DNA from: Ostrea edulis
Lineage: Eukaryota
Reading direction: 5' to 3'
Length of the DNA: 64,000 nucleotides
NCBI RefSeq assembly: GCF_947568905.1
Contig: NC_079164.1
Location: 71,052,001-71,116,000 of the forward strand
How positions within the stretch are numbered: position 1 is the stretch's first letter; each line of letters opens with the position of its first letter. Shown here piece by piece: positions 25,470 to 39,516 of this stretch. The translations under genes were made by a program, and so were the position numbers. The notes beneath the pieces were generated by a model that was not told the origin of the DNA, ran no database searches, and was given only the letters and a program-made list of their open reading frames with translations.

Positions 25470-27852
25470 AGGGAACATACTGCTATAGATAAAAAAAAAT
25501 ATTGTTATTGTATCTATATCCATTCGCATACATCTTTCAATCTTAAAAATATAAATCATATAAAAGGTAAACAGATTTGTTCCACTTCCTGCCAAAAGTT
25601 GGGGTCCAAGAATATTCATACATTTGTAAAACCCTATGTACATGTAATACATATACATGTACATAATATGTAGACTCTCATACATGAACTAATCACAAAA
25701 AAAGTTTATGAATTTGGAAACAGATACAAGTATTCTGGATTTTCATTATTCATTAACCATATAAATTTGTCCAAGTCTTGTAGACAACTGAAATTAGAAC
25801 ATTCTTCATTTATTGTCTTTAACATTTCTAGCCTTTCAAAATTAAACTTGTCACAACACAATAGAAAATGCATTTCGTCACCCACAGCACCAGAATTACA
25901 ATGTGAGCCTATTTTAAGATGTAAAGATATATTTCTGTATCTACCAGTTTCAATGATTAATTTATGACATGAAATTCTGAACCTGCTGAAGCTTCTTCTG
26001 TAGCCATAATTGTTAATAATTGATAAATAATTCTCTCTTTGAAAAACAACAACAAACATTTGAACTTATTTTATGTTCTAAGCTTAGAATTTAAATGTTC
26101 ATGTCTAGTATCCACCAAATGGGTCAAGTATAATGATCTGAGAGCAGTATGTACTTGTTTCTTAAAAGTGTTCGCAGATACGGTCTTTGTTTTCATAGAA
26201 TTTATATTTGGGAAATATGCAAGGATGGCATTTATAGAGCTAAACCAGGAAGGAATGTTATTGTCATGAAGTTCCTTAGATGTTGCGTATGCATTTGATA
26301 TTATGGTGTTAAAAGGTTCTCTGTTTTCTAATCGGTACCAATAATTCAACATATTGCTTAGCAAGTTGTAGGATAGAGGAAAGCTACCAAGTTCTGAAAT
26401 AACTCCAAAAGTTGATGCTTTCTTATGAGCACCCAATATTTGTCTACAAAACGTAATATGCAATTTTTTCACAATTTGAATTTTTTTAGAATATTGATTA
26501 CTCTTTTATCTTTTCTAAACTTGGATGAGAATGGGTTGAAAGATCCCCAAATTTCACTACCATATAAAAGGACAGGAGTAATTGTGTGGTCAAAAATTTG
26601 TATAGCTACGTTAGTTCCAGGATTGTGAAATATAAAGTGTGAGTTCAACTTAAAATAAGCTTTCAATGCTTTTTTGTACAATTCCGTTTGTGCAAGACTG
26701 AAAGATCCAGAAGCTGTGAAATGAATTCCCAAATATTTGTATTGTTGAACACAGTCAATTGTGTTATTGTCAAACATGACCATTTCCTGAATAAATCTGC
26801 CAGCCTTGTTAAAAATAAGTACTTTGGTTTTAATGGGATTTACTGATAAGCACCAGTCATTACAAAACTATAAGCATAAAGAAGACAAAGTGCATGTAAT
26901 TTTGTATACTTTGAAAGCATGAGATGTGTCCTTTAATTTAGTCATTAGATTTTTCGTTTGATATCACTGGTGTAATTAGAAACGTCTTGACGTACATGTA
27001 TCTAATCAAATAAGAAAGACAAATTTGATTTCTGATTTCCCCACAAAGATAAAGAGTACTGGTCAGTCATATTCGCAGGAGGGGAAGGCAGTTCCAAATC
27101 AAAGTTTCTACACTACATGTAATTTGCTTTTGTCTTTTTAACACTTATTCTCATAGTTTTGAAAATATCTTTTGCTGTTATTTTGTTTCATACTTCCGAC
27201 AAATATTTATTTACTCATTTACGTTTATTCTTTTTGTCAATTGAAGGAAATAAAGAGTTATAAGTTTCAACCCTAAGAAAACTAAAATTTTGATTTCACC
27301 CAAAAGAATGTAAAGTATCGAATGGTTACTTATGGTGTGTATAACCATGGTAACTAAATAAATCAGATATACATACATACTTTGGTCTTCTATATTTCAG
27401 TTAGGTGGTGGCTGGTTATCTCGCATGCAAGTCATTTATGAAAAGAAATGTGAGCGGCTTAATTTTCTTAAGATGTGCTCATATGTACATAATGAGCGCA
27501 TCATTTATTGTGTAGACCCTAAGGTCCACACAGAAAATATATAAGCAAGCTTAAGGTTGATGAAAAGTCAGCTTGCGTATGCACAAATGTACGTCGGGAC
27601 ATCGTTCGGCCTTTTCCGTTTTTTCTCGACTTTGGCGGAAAAGGTCGATCGTTGTTCCGATTACACCGGAGCTTGATGAAACGATCTTTATTCATAGATT
27701 GGAACCTAGGGTTGTACGTCATGCACTGTACACAAGGGGAGGGGGACTGCACATCCACAAATACATGTTTATCGGAATCAGCAATATCTATTCTTGAAAA
27801 AAAAACAACCCAATAATATTGTAGAGTTTGATTTAATCATGACATGTGTTAA

Positions 27853-28648
27853 AGGGGAAGGCAACCCAAAACATTTTTACATGGTAAGTGAGAGGATTAA
27901 TTATATGATAAAAATTTGTCATGCTATTCTGTTGATATACGGTCTAGATAAGCTTCAGTACTAATTTGAAAACGTTAAAAATTGAACTTCCCGCCATTTA
28001 TAGAGGCTGCCATGATGTGGAGCTCTTTTGAATTCAAGACCACAAAACTCAATAATTTTGACGTTACGCCGTCTGTTCAGGTTTCGAAGAGATTCTAAGG
28101 CCATTAAAGATGTGCATATGGTAGATTTTACGAATAAATAGGTTGATGCCTTCCTGCCAAGTTGTTACGGTAATTGCACTAATGCTAAGGGGAAATGTGA
28201 AAAAAGTTTTACCCCCCGAAATTCCTGACCCTACTAAGTCATCTGAAAAGAAAAAACTGTGGACCCATCATTTGCGTAATGACAAGTTGAGGTTCCGAGA
28301 CATTTGTATGAAGAAACGGGTACCGTCTGCCTGGTCTGCGACTCGAAGAAACGTCTTCTTTTTTCCAATTTCTTCTTGCGAAAGAACGGGCTCAAATCTA
28401 TACGGCTCCAAGCTTAACTGTTCGTGACTTGTCATGTTTACAGTGCTGCTGATTAAATAAATCGGAACCGACGGTGTCATGTCATGAATTAAATTTCAAT
28501 GCCCACTCTCTTAGTGGCGGATAATCTAAAATATATGATAGATTGATGCTGATTTAATCGTTAAGCAAGGAGTTTTGTTGTCAAAGACTGTCATTGACGA
28601 TATCAGCAATACTTTATTCAGAAAAGCAGGTTATGGTTGCCTTTCCCT
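27853..28648. mobile_element. Non-autonomous Kolobok-type element, 796 bp
   Basis: TIR AGGGGAAGGCAACC / AGGGAAAGGCAACC (13/14), with perfect TTAA duplication at 27849-52 and 28649-52. Confidence 0.85.
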
Positions 28649-29205
28649 TTAAGGTATGAAATTCAAACGTTATTATTTAGACCAGATTGTGTCCTTTGTT
28701 GAATTTGAACTTTCAGCAATATATATTTTAATTTGGTATTCTTTTTAAAAACAAACTATAGATGTTGTGGAGTTTGATTTAATCAAGACAACATATTCAC
28801 CCCAGCAATGCTCAATAAATGAAGTTGTTCATATCTTAAAATGGACATCATTTGTGAAGTTGCACTGAGATTATGAAATGTAAAACGGCAATCAAGCTTG
28901 TGAGCAACATTATTTTGTTGCCATTTATATCAGTGGATTAAGGTATGAAACTCAAACGTTATTATTTAGATCAGATTGTGTCCTTTGTTGAATTTAAACT
29001 TTCAGGTCCAAATCAAATACAAGGATGACTTTTAATTCTTAGGTTAAAAATAAACCATATCCGTTAAGCCTATATATCATTACTAATCAAGCAATAAGAC
29101 TTTTATTGAAATAATTGCATGTTTCAAGATTTGAAAATCTGTTTTAAAACAAATTTGTTCATAACTATGATTCATTAAGAGGAGCCAAGTAGTGAAATGT
29201 GAAAA

Positions 29206-29710
29206 GTTTACACAGTGTAACCTTCACATGTATTAATGTTGAATTTACGTACTCAGAGAACCAGATTTCCTCCCAGAGAACCAGATTTCCTCCCTGAAAC
29301 GTTTACACAGGGTAACCTTCACATGTATTAATGTTGAATTTACGTACTCAGAGAACCAGATTTCCTCCCAGAGAACCAGATTTCCTCCCTGAAACGTTTA
29401 CACAGGGTAACCTTCACATGTATTAATGTTGAATTTACGTACTCAGAGAACCAGATTTCCTCCCAGAAAACCAGATTTCCTCCCTGAAACGTTTACACAG
29501 GGTAACCTTTACATGTATTAATGTTGAATTTACGTACTCAGAGAACCAGATTTCCTCCCTGAAACGTTTACACAGGGTAACCTTTACATGTATTAATGTT
29601 GAATTTACGTACTCAGAGAACCAGATTTCCTCCCTGAAACGTTTACACAGGGTAACCTTTACATGTATTAATGTTGAATTTACGTACTCAGAGAACCAGA
29701 TTTCCTCCCT
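29206..29710. repeat. Minisatellite, three 95-bp units then three ~75-bp units
   Basis: Anchor gtttacacag at 29206, 29301, 29396, 29491, 29566 and 29641; near-identical units. Confidence 0.97.
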
Positions 29711-32700
29711 GTTTCATGCTTTTACATCCTCTATCATTAATCGTCAAAACTTCAAAACTGGTTTCAGTTTTATCTAGAAAGAAAGTGTAATATGTAAAAG
29801 AAAACAAAACCATGAACTTTTTTGTGAATAACAAGTGAAGCATGCATAGTAAGTAATTATGAAAGGGAAATGTGTTATACATGTACAATTTATTTCAATC
29901 CATCATGTAGAACGATTACTATACACTGATTTCCACTACGTTACATGCAACAGACATTTATGTCAATCTAAAGTAATTTAATCTCTTGTGACGCCATAAG
30001 ATTTTGCAAAGTCAAAGATTTATGCATGATAGGAACATAGATTCTGTTGGAGTCTTTTTCGATATTATTGTAAAAAATCTTGTTAAACATAAAATATTTC
30101 AAAAGTCTTACGTGAAATATGAATAATCAATGAATATTAAATCCAAGGGCAACAACTCTATTTCATTGATTTCTTTATCAAGTCCATTATGCGATAGATT
30201 TCCTTTATTTTTCACAGACATTTTGCATATTTTTGTAAAGAAACAGTTTTATGAAATTGTTATGAATACTATATATTATATCATTATAACCAGTTTTTGT
30301 GAAATTTTGATAATGCAATTTAAGGAAAATTGGAATTTTTTTCTGATGTTAAGATATGATTCTTAAAAATTGCGATGACCTATAATATCATAATAATATC
30401 TATTTAATAATTCATTTGTTTTACCTATATCAAATGGAAATAAATGTACTTTCTATACTTTTATCAAATAATAATACGAGTATGGATTTAACCAAAAACA
30501 TTTCCTTAATTTTGTGTTTTTAATTCAGCAGGTGTTATGAATAAAAACTGCCGTTTGTTGAGGGAAGGTTTGTGAAACCAAAAAATATTCAAATAGACAT
30601 ACATGTATGTTACCACACGCACGTATGGAAAAAACTCCATTACTTGACTGTTATATAAAGAAAAATGTACGAAAAAAGTCTTTTCTATTTTTGAGTGGAC
30701 TCATGCAGTGAGCTACTCCTTGGCATCGGGCCTTTCCTGCGGATTATTCTCTCCACTACAACCCTCAGCTGATTATAGTTTGACTGGCAGTGTATGTTTA
30801 TTGTTTTGTTTAATGAAATTATTGCCGTGCACATAAAATTATTAATAATTTCATAGGATTGATACCGTATAAGTTTTACATATGGAACACACACATTGGT
30901 TTTTGACAGAAGGTGAAAATATTTTAGAATCAGATATCAATAGCAGGTCTACAACGGAATACAGTTGGGAAAAGATAAAACCCTGCGATTATGAAAGCAG
31001 ACACTGCATGTCTTTCATCGCGTTTTTATTAGCCGTCATTTTGTCACCAAATATTAAATTCAATGAAAATTGCTCTATATCATATATTTCAGTAATAACA
31101 CCAGTATTTAATGAATTCAAACACTTTTTAATCTCAAAGCAGGCACATGAATATGTACTTTTGGTGATTAGATAATTCTTCCTTACATATTTCTTTACAC
31201 TAAAAATGGTTATCTAACGTTTTTGTGCAAAATCAATGCTTTTATGTGTAAGTAATATATATTCCATTGTATGTCATTGAGAGATTTTGAGAGAAAAAGG
31301 TTGTCATCACTTTCTCAGCTGATGCCCCTTTAAGATTTTTAAATAAAGTTATGCATGATTATATTAAAATTTTAGCCAAAAACAATAGTGGCGAAAGACT
31401 TGTGAAGTCTATCGGAATAATATTTTTAATCGCACATGAATATAAGGAGGGGAGGCTTAGGAGAAAAAGGACTTCGTATTACTTGATATATTGCATTTAA
31501 CTTTCCGTGAAAATAAATGATATGGCGATTATTGAACTAATATTCTAACAGAATTCTGACGAAAATATATCTGAAATAAATTAACGAATTCTATAGTTGC
31601 TTTGTGTACATAAATAAAACAACGAACGATACATACTCACGTGGTACATTGTACATGTATGCGGGAATACTTCATGTAAACAAGACGACGGAAGAGGCGA
31701 TTAAGATATTTGAAGATTTCAAGAGAATAATTTTTATCAATACCTGATGTTTTGTTTTGTTTTTTGCTGTAGGCTTTTGATATCTCTTGCAGATGTGCTG
31801 GGTACATGTACCATAGATATAGTGACCTTTGATCTTGAACTTTATGTTCACACAACTTCTGCAACTTTTATTCATGGGTAAATTCCTCAAACTGATGTGT
31901 CGTGTTTCTAGTTTGTGACCTTGAAATTCCACATATATCTAGTTAAGCATAATACTTACAATGTATGCTTATACATTTTGTTTTAACATGCTTTAAAGAT
32001 TCAGAATTAAAGCTCACAAGATGGTGCTGAATATACCCTCCCTGGTTGGAAATCGTGGACGTATCGACTCGGAGGCCCTTGGGACCTTAGATTATTTATC
32101 AGAAGGTCTATTGCAATGCACTTTTCGAGTATAGTGCAATTGGAGTTTCGAAACATTTAATGATTGTCGTACCATGTGGAATGCAAAAACTTAAGATTTA
32201 TGTTTTGGAAACTGCATCATCTAAAGTAATTATCAGCATTATTGTGATTGTCTCATGTGGCATTTAGAGAAGAAAAGAAGGCCCTTCAGATTTAGTAGAA
32301 AATTATTTACCGTGAAATTGATTATTCTTTTAAGAGTTCCTAACCTTGACAAACACCCATTGCTAAATTGTCATAAATCCTAATCTGCTTTGTTATTGCA
32401 TTCAACTATTCACCGGGCACCTCAATCAGGATGAGAATTATGATGACCATTAATGATTTGCAATTATAGCCTTATGGTTCGTGATGATCAACAGGAAACC
32501 AAAAGAAAATCAACTGGTTTTTTTTTTGTTCCCCCTTTTAGGCCGACCGGAAAAAAGCACCGACTGCAAAACTTTTAATAACTATTTCAATAATAAAACG
32601 AATATATATATTTTTTATTTTACAAAGTACGAGACCTTCTCTAAATTTCAGTTCTTAAGAGATAGAAAGGTGCAATCAAATGATCATTGAATATTCACCG

Positions 32701-35295
32701 TCTACATTTTTATTTTAATCTCATTAGCTGAGGAAAGGATTACCTTTTTAAAAAACCCTTTCCGTTATTTTCCGAGGATGATTATTTCGAAGTTCTGCCT
32801 GTCCATCTGTTCGTCTGTATAGATTTGTTTTAAAGGATAACATCAAAAGCAAACATAATTAATTTGAGAAGATCAATGTCTGCCATCATTCATTTCTACA
32901 TTTCTGCTTGAGGACATTCGATCTGTTGCCACTTTGAAAGCATAACTGCTTGATCCGGGCTAAATTAACCCACATCACACCCAAAGCGGGTTAACTTAAC
33001 CTACTTTGGAAAAGGGTAGATAATCCAGTGTGAACATATGATTATACACACAATTTGTTGAGTTAATCCTTGTTGAACCAGGCACCAAGTCAGCTTAACT
33101 CAATAGTGTGAATCGGAACCTTAGTTAGCCCGGATTAACATTTTAGTGAGTTAAACCGGATTTACGGAACCGGTCCTTCGTTAACTCGGAGTAACTTTAT
33201 AATGTGAGCCAGCCCTGAAGAATTATGATTGTTCACTTTCTTTGAAAAATGAATCTAAAACTTTAACAAATATTTCTTCGCAAAAAAAAAAAAAAAATAA
33301 TATAAAAAAATAAAACTTGAGGGGACGTTTCGTTTTCTATTGACATATACTAGTTTCATTTTCTATTGACATATACTATGTCTACTATATTCATCAACTC
33401 TATACTCTTTTAACTTTTATCTCATCATGGAGTTGCCCGTTTTTAATTTCAATGAATTAATTCTTTAGTATTTTAAGCATTTCAAACGCACCTATATCTG
33501 CCTATATTTCTTAACCTGAAAAATGGAGGGTATTGCTGTTTTATTTATTTAGTTTTAGTTCCCTGCCCCCCAGCATTGTTTTTGTATTTTATAACAAATT
33601 TTGAACTTATGCAGTTGTGTATATAACTTGGAATAAGTCAGACGTGCCAATAATCGATCGGCGCCATGTCAATTACGACAGCGTGAAAATGAATGATTTC
33701 GGTATTGTCCGCGATTTTACGTCTGATTTTCGTTTCAATAGAGTTTATCCACATTGCGCGGTAGGCGAACAGTTTCTTCATCAGCGTCGACAAAACGCTT
33801 GCACTTGGAGCTCCCGCTCTTTGAAAAAGATACTGGGTCTCGGCTGCAGTGAGGCACGAAAAGGTTTAACCATGCTCATTTTATTGGGTAGATATTCGTT
33901 GAAGTATGTATAATCTGTGCGGAGAATTTTCCATGTAAGAATACCGTTTACCATACATAGCAGTGGGGCGGATTTTCTAACCATGAATTAGCTATAACCA
34001 TGAATTAGCTATTACACTGAAGAAAGCTGTTTTCTGTCCATACAAATAATTGAATAAGGATTCCATGAAATTTTCATAAAATATGAATTGAATCGAAAAG
34101 AGAATCTGAGATCAAGATATTATTTCAATCTGAATCTTCAGACAGAGAGAAAGAGAGAAAGAAAGAGAGAGAGAGAGAGAGATGGGGGTTGAAATACACC
34201 TGTCCGTTGTTTCTTAAAATGCAAGTATAAAGTATAAGTATATATCTAATGCCAAAGATATAAATGTCGAAGCTAAATCAAATCGGTTACATTGGTGGGT
34301 GAGCATTTCGAAGTCTACTTCAATTATGTGTTCCGAATGATACCTGAATTAGCAGTTAGAGGGTGGATTCTCCGTTCGGCGTCTTGCACAATCAACGAGA
34401 GAAATGCTCCTATTATCATTAAAGACTCTTGACAGAAGTCATCAGATGCCGTTTCTATTAATATAATTACAATTCAAGTAAAGGCTCTTATGAAACCGTT
34501 CATGATTATTACCTTCAAAAATATAACTTTTGAAATTAATCTGCTTAAAATTAATGTATATCTATGCCTGATTAAACTCCCTGCGAAATGTCATTCTTCG
34601 GAATTCCATAAATTCTCAGGACGCCATGGTAAGACTTTTTCCTTTTCACCTGGATTAGCAGACAACCGGCTGTAGTTCTTTAGGTAGCACCGATTTCACC
34701 CAGGAAAGAGTATTGAACGGATTTTGTCACAATTAAGCCGATAGCACGCTCGGCTAATGATGTACTGACTGCCATCGTGAAGCCACGGGTGTTCGGTCTT
34801 TTAAATATGGCCAATCGATTTCGCGGGGAAATTGAAGCAATCTTTGGTTGAGAAATAGATTTAGAAAGTAAATTGCAATATTGATGTTTAAAGGGCTGAA
34901 GATTATCACTGGGTAAGATTATATTCTTTATGAATTTGTAAAATTTGGGTATATTATCCACAGAGCATTCGTGGTTCACTGAATAAGAGAAGTTTATTGT
35001 TTTTGAAATAAATAATTGGTAAATCCTAACGAACAAGGTTTTTATATGTATATTTCTTATTTATTCGTTGACGTAGGATGCGTTGATAACTTGTGAAAAT
35101 GAAGAGAAATTCCCTCAGAAAAATATTATAGCTTTTCCTATACTAGTACATACATGTACCAAAGACATTCAAACAATCTGGCACAATTGTAACTATCATA
35201 CGAATATTGCAGTGTACTAGTGAAGACCTTACACTTACGGAAACAGTTCAATCATAATACTTATGTGTACATCCGTTGCACCCAACCGAACATAG

Positions 35296-35297
<2 letters not shown>

Positions 35298-35371
<74 letters not shown>
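35298..35371. repeat. (CT)n microsatellite
   Basis: Direct reading. Confidence 0.99.
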
Positions 35372-35374
<3 letters not shown>

Positions 35375-35664
35375 TGTAAAAAAGAATTCAGTATTTGATA
35401 CAGAAAATATATCCAATAATAAAAGTCAGGAAACACAAAAGTCGAAAAACACTTCACTTTGCGATATGTTGACGTTACTTAGCAATTGTATTTCATTTTA
35501 CAACATTACTGTAATTGTCCTCTTTGTGATGTCATAATGAATTACAACGGTAGCGATATAAACACACAATATTAGACACCACTAGAAAACCAATTATTGA
35601 TTTCTGTTGAACGTAGTTTCAATTTTAAAGAGTTATTAATGACCCTACCAAAGTTTTGCATTTT

Positions 35665-35753
35665 CGTGATTGTCTCCCCTTGAAGAAGGGTGTTGTCCTT
35701 CATTTGGACAAACTTGAAAACCCTTCATTCAAGAATGCTTTTTGCCAAGTTTA

Positions 35754-35784
<31 letters not shown>

Positions 35785-35835
35785 AGTCTAAAACGTTAAA
35801 AGTTTACAGACCGACCGGCGGACAACCCAAGGGGG
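35665..35835 (+). mobile_element. HINE/satellite fragment
   Basis: tccccttgaagaagggtg..ccttcatttggacaaacttgaa..tggcccattggttctggagaagaag, then a gaccgacc..ggacaac microsatellite-like end. Confidence 0.55.
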
Positions 35836-36789
35836 ACTAGGCTATAGATCGAGCTTGCACATAAAAATGACAGGAAAAGTTTGTTGTCGAAAGAAGTGGT
35901 GGGGGATTCCCATATTTCTACATGTGCGTACATTTGAGTAACTGCAATACAGGTCGAAACTTGCAATGTAAGTTTATTTACACAAAATTTAAATTTTCAA
36001 AATATTAACTCACGTGTGAAAAAAAAATCAACAGAAAGGTTACACTATAGATACATATTCGACATAATGAACGTGTCCTGTTCATACATTTATCAACAAG
36101 TGTAACAAGTCACATGTAATATTAATTTTTCTACTTTGATTTGTATGTATAATTTCAGGCATATCTAATTGTGTTTTGTGTTTCGGTTATCGAAAATATT
36201 GATATCAATAATTTGAGTAAAACTGAGGAAGCTCCCCAAACTGTATGAAAGGTGAAGGTAACAAACAGTGATCAATCTCATAACTCCGATAAGTGTCTAA
36301 CGAATGAAATATTTCATATGACGAATGACTCGCACAATGATAATTAACTTGATATGAAGTTTTTTTTCCCCCTACTATAAGGTATGTGTGACCTTCGTCT
36401 GAAAGTCATTTGCTTATTACTTATTTGTGTGATATATGATCATTACAGGTTCAAAATCTGATGAAATAAGGAACTTTTTTCCTTATGTACATTTAAGGTA
36501 AATGTTCTGAGTGACCTTAACCTTTCCAAAATGACCTAAAAGAGACCTTGGTCAAAGCGATCAATTGTTGAAGTAAAGGTATTTTTCATGAGGTATGTGT
36601 TCTGCGTGACTTTCACCTTTATAAAATGACCTCGGGTGGAACCATTTGCGTGTTGTTTCTTAGGGCTCACGGCGGGTGTGACCGGTCGACAGGGGATGCT
36701 TATTCCTCCTACAAGATCCCACTCCCGGCTCTTACGACAAGCAAGGGGGTACTGAGGACTTTCTTCTTCCTCAAACTGCTCTTTTATTT

Positions 36790-37915
36790 CAAGTGGTAAC
36801 CAATTGATCTTTTGGAATATGATAGGTGGTGTACTGTAGATATATGATAAGGTTTTAGAATATTCAATTTTACCCTGGGGGCAAAACGGGGGTCAAAAAA
36901 TGACGTTTTTTCAACAAAAACCTTGTTCCCAGAACTCCTCCTACATTTCATGCAGTAGCCCAATCATCTTTTGGAAGATGATTGGTTGGGTCCTGTAGAT
37001 GTGCAATAAGGTTTAGGAATTTTCATTTTCACCCTAGGGGCCAAATGGGGGTCGAAAATGATGCTTTTTAACACAACCCTGGTTCCCAGAACTCCTCTTA
37101 CAATTTACACAGTAGCCTAATAATCTTTTGGAAAATGATTGCTGGTGTCCTGTAGATGTGCAATAAGGTTTTGGAATTTTCATTTTCACCCTAAGGATCA
37201 AATAGGGGTCGAAAAATAACGATTTTGTACAAAGAAACCCTGGTTCCCAGAACTCCTCTTACATTTTACACAGTAGCCGAATAATCTTTTGGAAGATGAT
37301 TGCTGGTGTCCTGTAGATGTGCAATAAGGTTTTGGAATCTTTATTTTCACCCCTGGAGTCAGATGAGGGTTGAAAAATGACGGGTTTTTTTCCACAAAAG
37401 AACCCTGGTTCCCAGAACTCCTCTTACATTTTAAGCAGTATCCTAATAATCTTTAGGGAGATGGTTGCTGGTGTCCTGTAGATGCACAATAGGGTTTCGG
37501 AATTTTTATTTTTGCCCTGGGGGCCAAGTGGGGGTCGAAAAATGACGATTTTGTACAAAAAAAAACCTTGTTCCCAGAACTCCTCTTACATTTTAAGCAG
37601 TATCCTAATAATCTTTTGGATGATGATTGCTGGTGTCCTGTAGATGTGCAATAAGGTTTTGGAATTTTTATTTTCACCCCTGGGGTCAAATGAGGGTTGA
37701 AAAATGACATTTTTGCACAAAAGAACACCCAGGTCCCCAGAACTCTTTTTACGTTTTAAGCAGTATCCTAATAATCTTTAGGAAATTGGTTGCTGGTGTC
37801 CTGTAGATGCGCAATAAGGTTTTGGAATTTTTCTTTTTGCCATGGGGGTCGAAAATAATGCTTTTTGTACAAAAAACCTTGGTTCCCAGAACTCCTCTTA
37901 CAATTTATGCATTAA
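36790..37915. repeat. Satellite array, ~7 units of 149-165 bp
   Basis: Anchor agaactc at 36931, 37088, 37249, 37414, 37576, 37739 and 37888. Confidence 0.95.
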
Positions 37916-38129
37916 TTAATTATAAAATAACGATTGTGGCCTCTTTGCCAGTAACGCCAATATGACGAAGAGTATATTTAAAGGCAAACACTTGTGTGCG
38001 GGTATTACTGTCTTATGACAGCATCTACAATGTAGTTATGAATTTCAACCAGTATCACCGACACAAAAAAAAAAATACACATGTATACCAAAACAATTCG
38101 AGATATTGAGAATGTCTTCCTATGTCCAT

Positions 38130-38358
38130 AGTTTGTTATTGCTGTTTTCCGCCACACTCAACAATTTTTCAGTTATCTGGTGGCGCCCTGTTTTTATTGG
38201 TGGAAGAGAGAACCCAGATACAACGTACCTGGGAAGAGACTACCCACCTTCCGAAAGTAAACTGGGAAACTTTCTCACTTACCGGCGCGAGTGGGATTCG
38301 AACCCGCGCCGACCAGATTTCCCAGACACGACTGCATACCGTAACATGTGCCATCACC
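38130..38358 (-). mobile_element. tRNA-derived SINE (second family)
   Basis: Minus strand: A-box-like TGGCACATGTTACGG, B-box GGTTCGAATCC, then ttccaccaataaaaac...ccaccagataactgaaaaattgttgagtgtggcg tail. Confidence 0.7.
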
Positions 38359-39516
38359 TGTAGCACTCTTGTTCATACGCACCTAAAAGCTTACAGCAAC
38401 GGAAATTACTTTGTGTCAAGTGCTTTCATGATACAGATTAAAACCAACAAGGTTTTAGTAGTTTCGGATTTGGCGCCGATATCGATTTATTTTAAAGGAT
38501 TTTTGTCTTAGTTTATAGAGTTTTTCAAAAATTGAAACCAGGAAAAAGTGAAATTCCATGACTTTCCATAACCTCTCTAAAAATTCCACGACGTTTTAAG
38601 ACGTAAAACCAAATTCCAAGACTTTCCATGACCTGTACGAACCATGTAAAGTATTTGTGTGTGGGGTGGTATTATGCACATACAATGTATATGTATTATC
38701 CAATAATTTTTATAAATTGATTAGTCTCTTTCATAATATACTTTTTACATTTAGAATATTCCTTCTGGTTGCTTGGTTCTGCCTTTCTGCATTAACAGGC
38801 CTCTCCTTATAAATATGAGAATATGGTGCATGCAAAATAATTCTCATACGAGGGATCATTATTGTGCAAACCAAGAACACACATAGGAATTTTCACTGGT
38901 TACAAATCCATCCCATTTCAGTGCTCTCAACCATCATTAGGGTATCTCAGATCAAATATGTATGCAAGTAAAAACTACTACATGTACATCTATACATACA
39001 TTAGCTCAACTCAAGTAAACAGTGTATACTTAGCCTCTATGTATGCACGATACAAATTATGAAGCGATTTCTCCTACATAGAATATTTGTTATATGTTGA
39101 GATCTGTATTTGTGTGGAAACTATTTCAAAAATGTCATCTGAGATTTATTTACAAAGTGCGATCATATAACCATGCAACCATCCTTCATATGGCTACGTT
39201 TCTGATATGAATTGGCTGAAAATGAAGCAAACCTCCTTCAATTCACCTGGAAAAAAACTTATCCCCTTCTATTTTCCTCTCGCATCGTCTCGATTAGTAC
39301 ACCTGTACACACTGCACCATTGCTGAATTGATAAGTTGATTAAAACGAAAGAAGCGTTTTCCATAAAATGAAACTTGCCCTGCGGAAGTATTAATCGCGT
39401 GCGCGGAGAGCAGCCCCGCCGTTACCATGAAAGGACTCAATTGTCTACAGGATCGCAAAAGTTGAATTCCTAGATATCAGCATCATTTTGGTTTTATCAC
39501 CGTGAATGACAATTAC

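Larger units (their letters stand above)
25172..26880 (-). mobile_element. 5'-truncated, frameshifted non-LTR retrotransposon (LINE) ORF2 3' part
   Basis: Motifs LSVNPIKTKV, YKYLG, PVLLYGSEIWG, ELGSFPL, FRISCHKLIIETGRY and HC..DEMHFLLCC (RT thumb + Zn knuckle) in ORFs 26469-26783, 26071-26472 and 25706-26059. 3' tail AATAAA-ctatctttatct near 25172-25190. Clade not determined. Confidence 0.85.

Noticed and set aside
29206-29710. CRISPR-like appearance of the tandem array
   Set aside because: Eukaryotic context and the 'spacers' are identical; it is a minisatellite.
32940-33215. Harbinger-like fragment with ccggatttacggaaccggtcc end; also a hAT-like end at 38540-38645
   Set aside because: Only one terminus is visible in each case, so boundaries cannot be supported.
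35220-35537. ORFs with SL/ER/YI runs (also 9380-9610, 35248-35457, 58501-58835)
   Set aside because: Produced by microsatellites.
38290-38358. tRNA gene (GGTTCGAATCC T-loop)
   Set aside because: No complete cloverleaf or acceptor stem, and it continues into a SINE body and tail.
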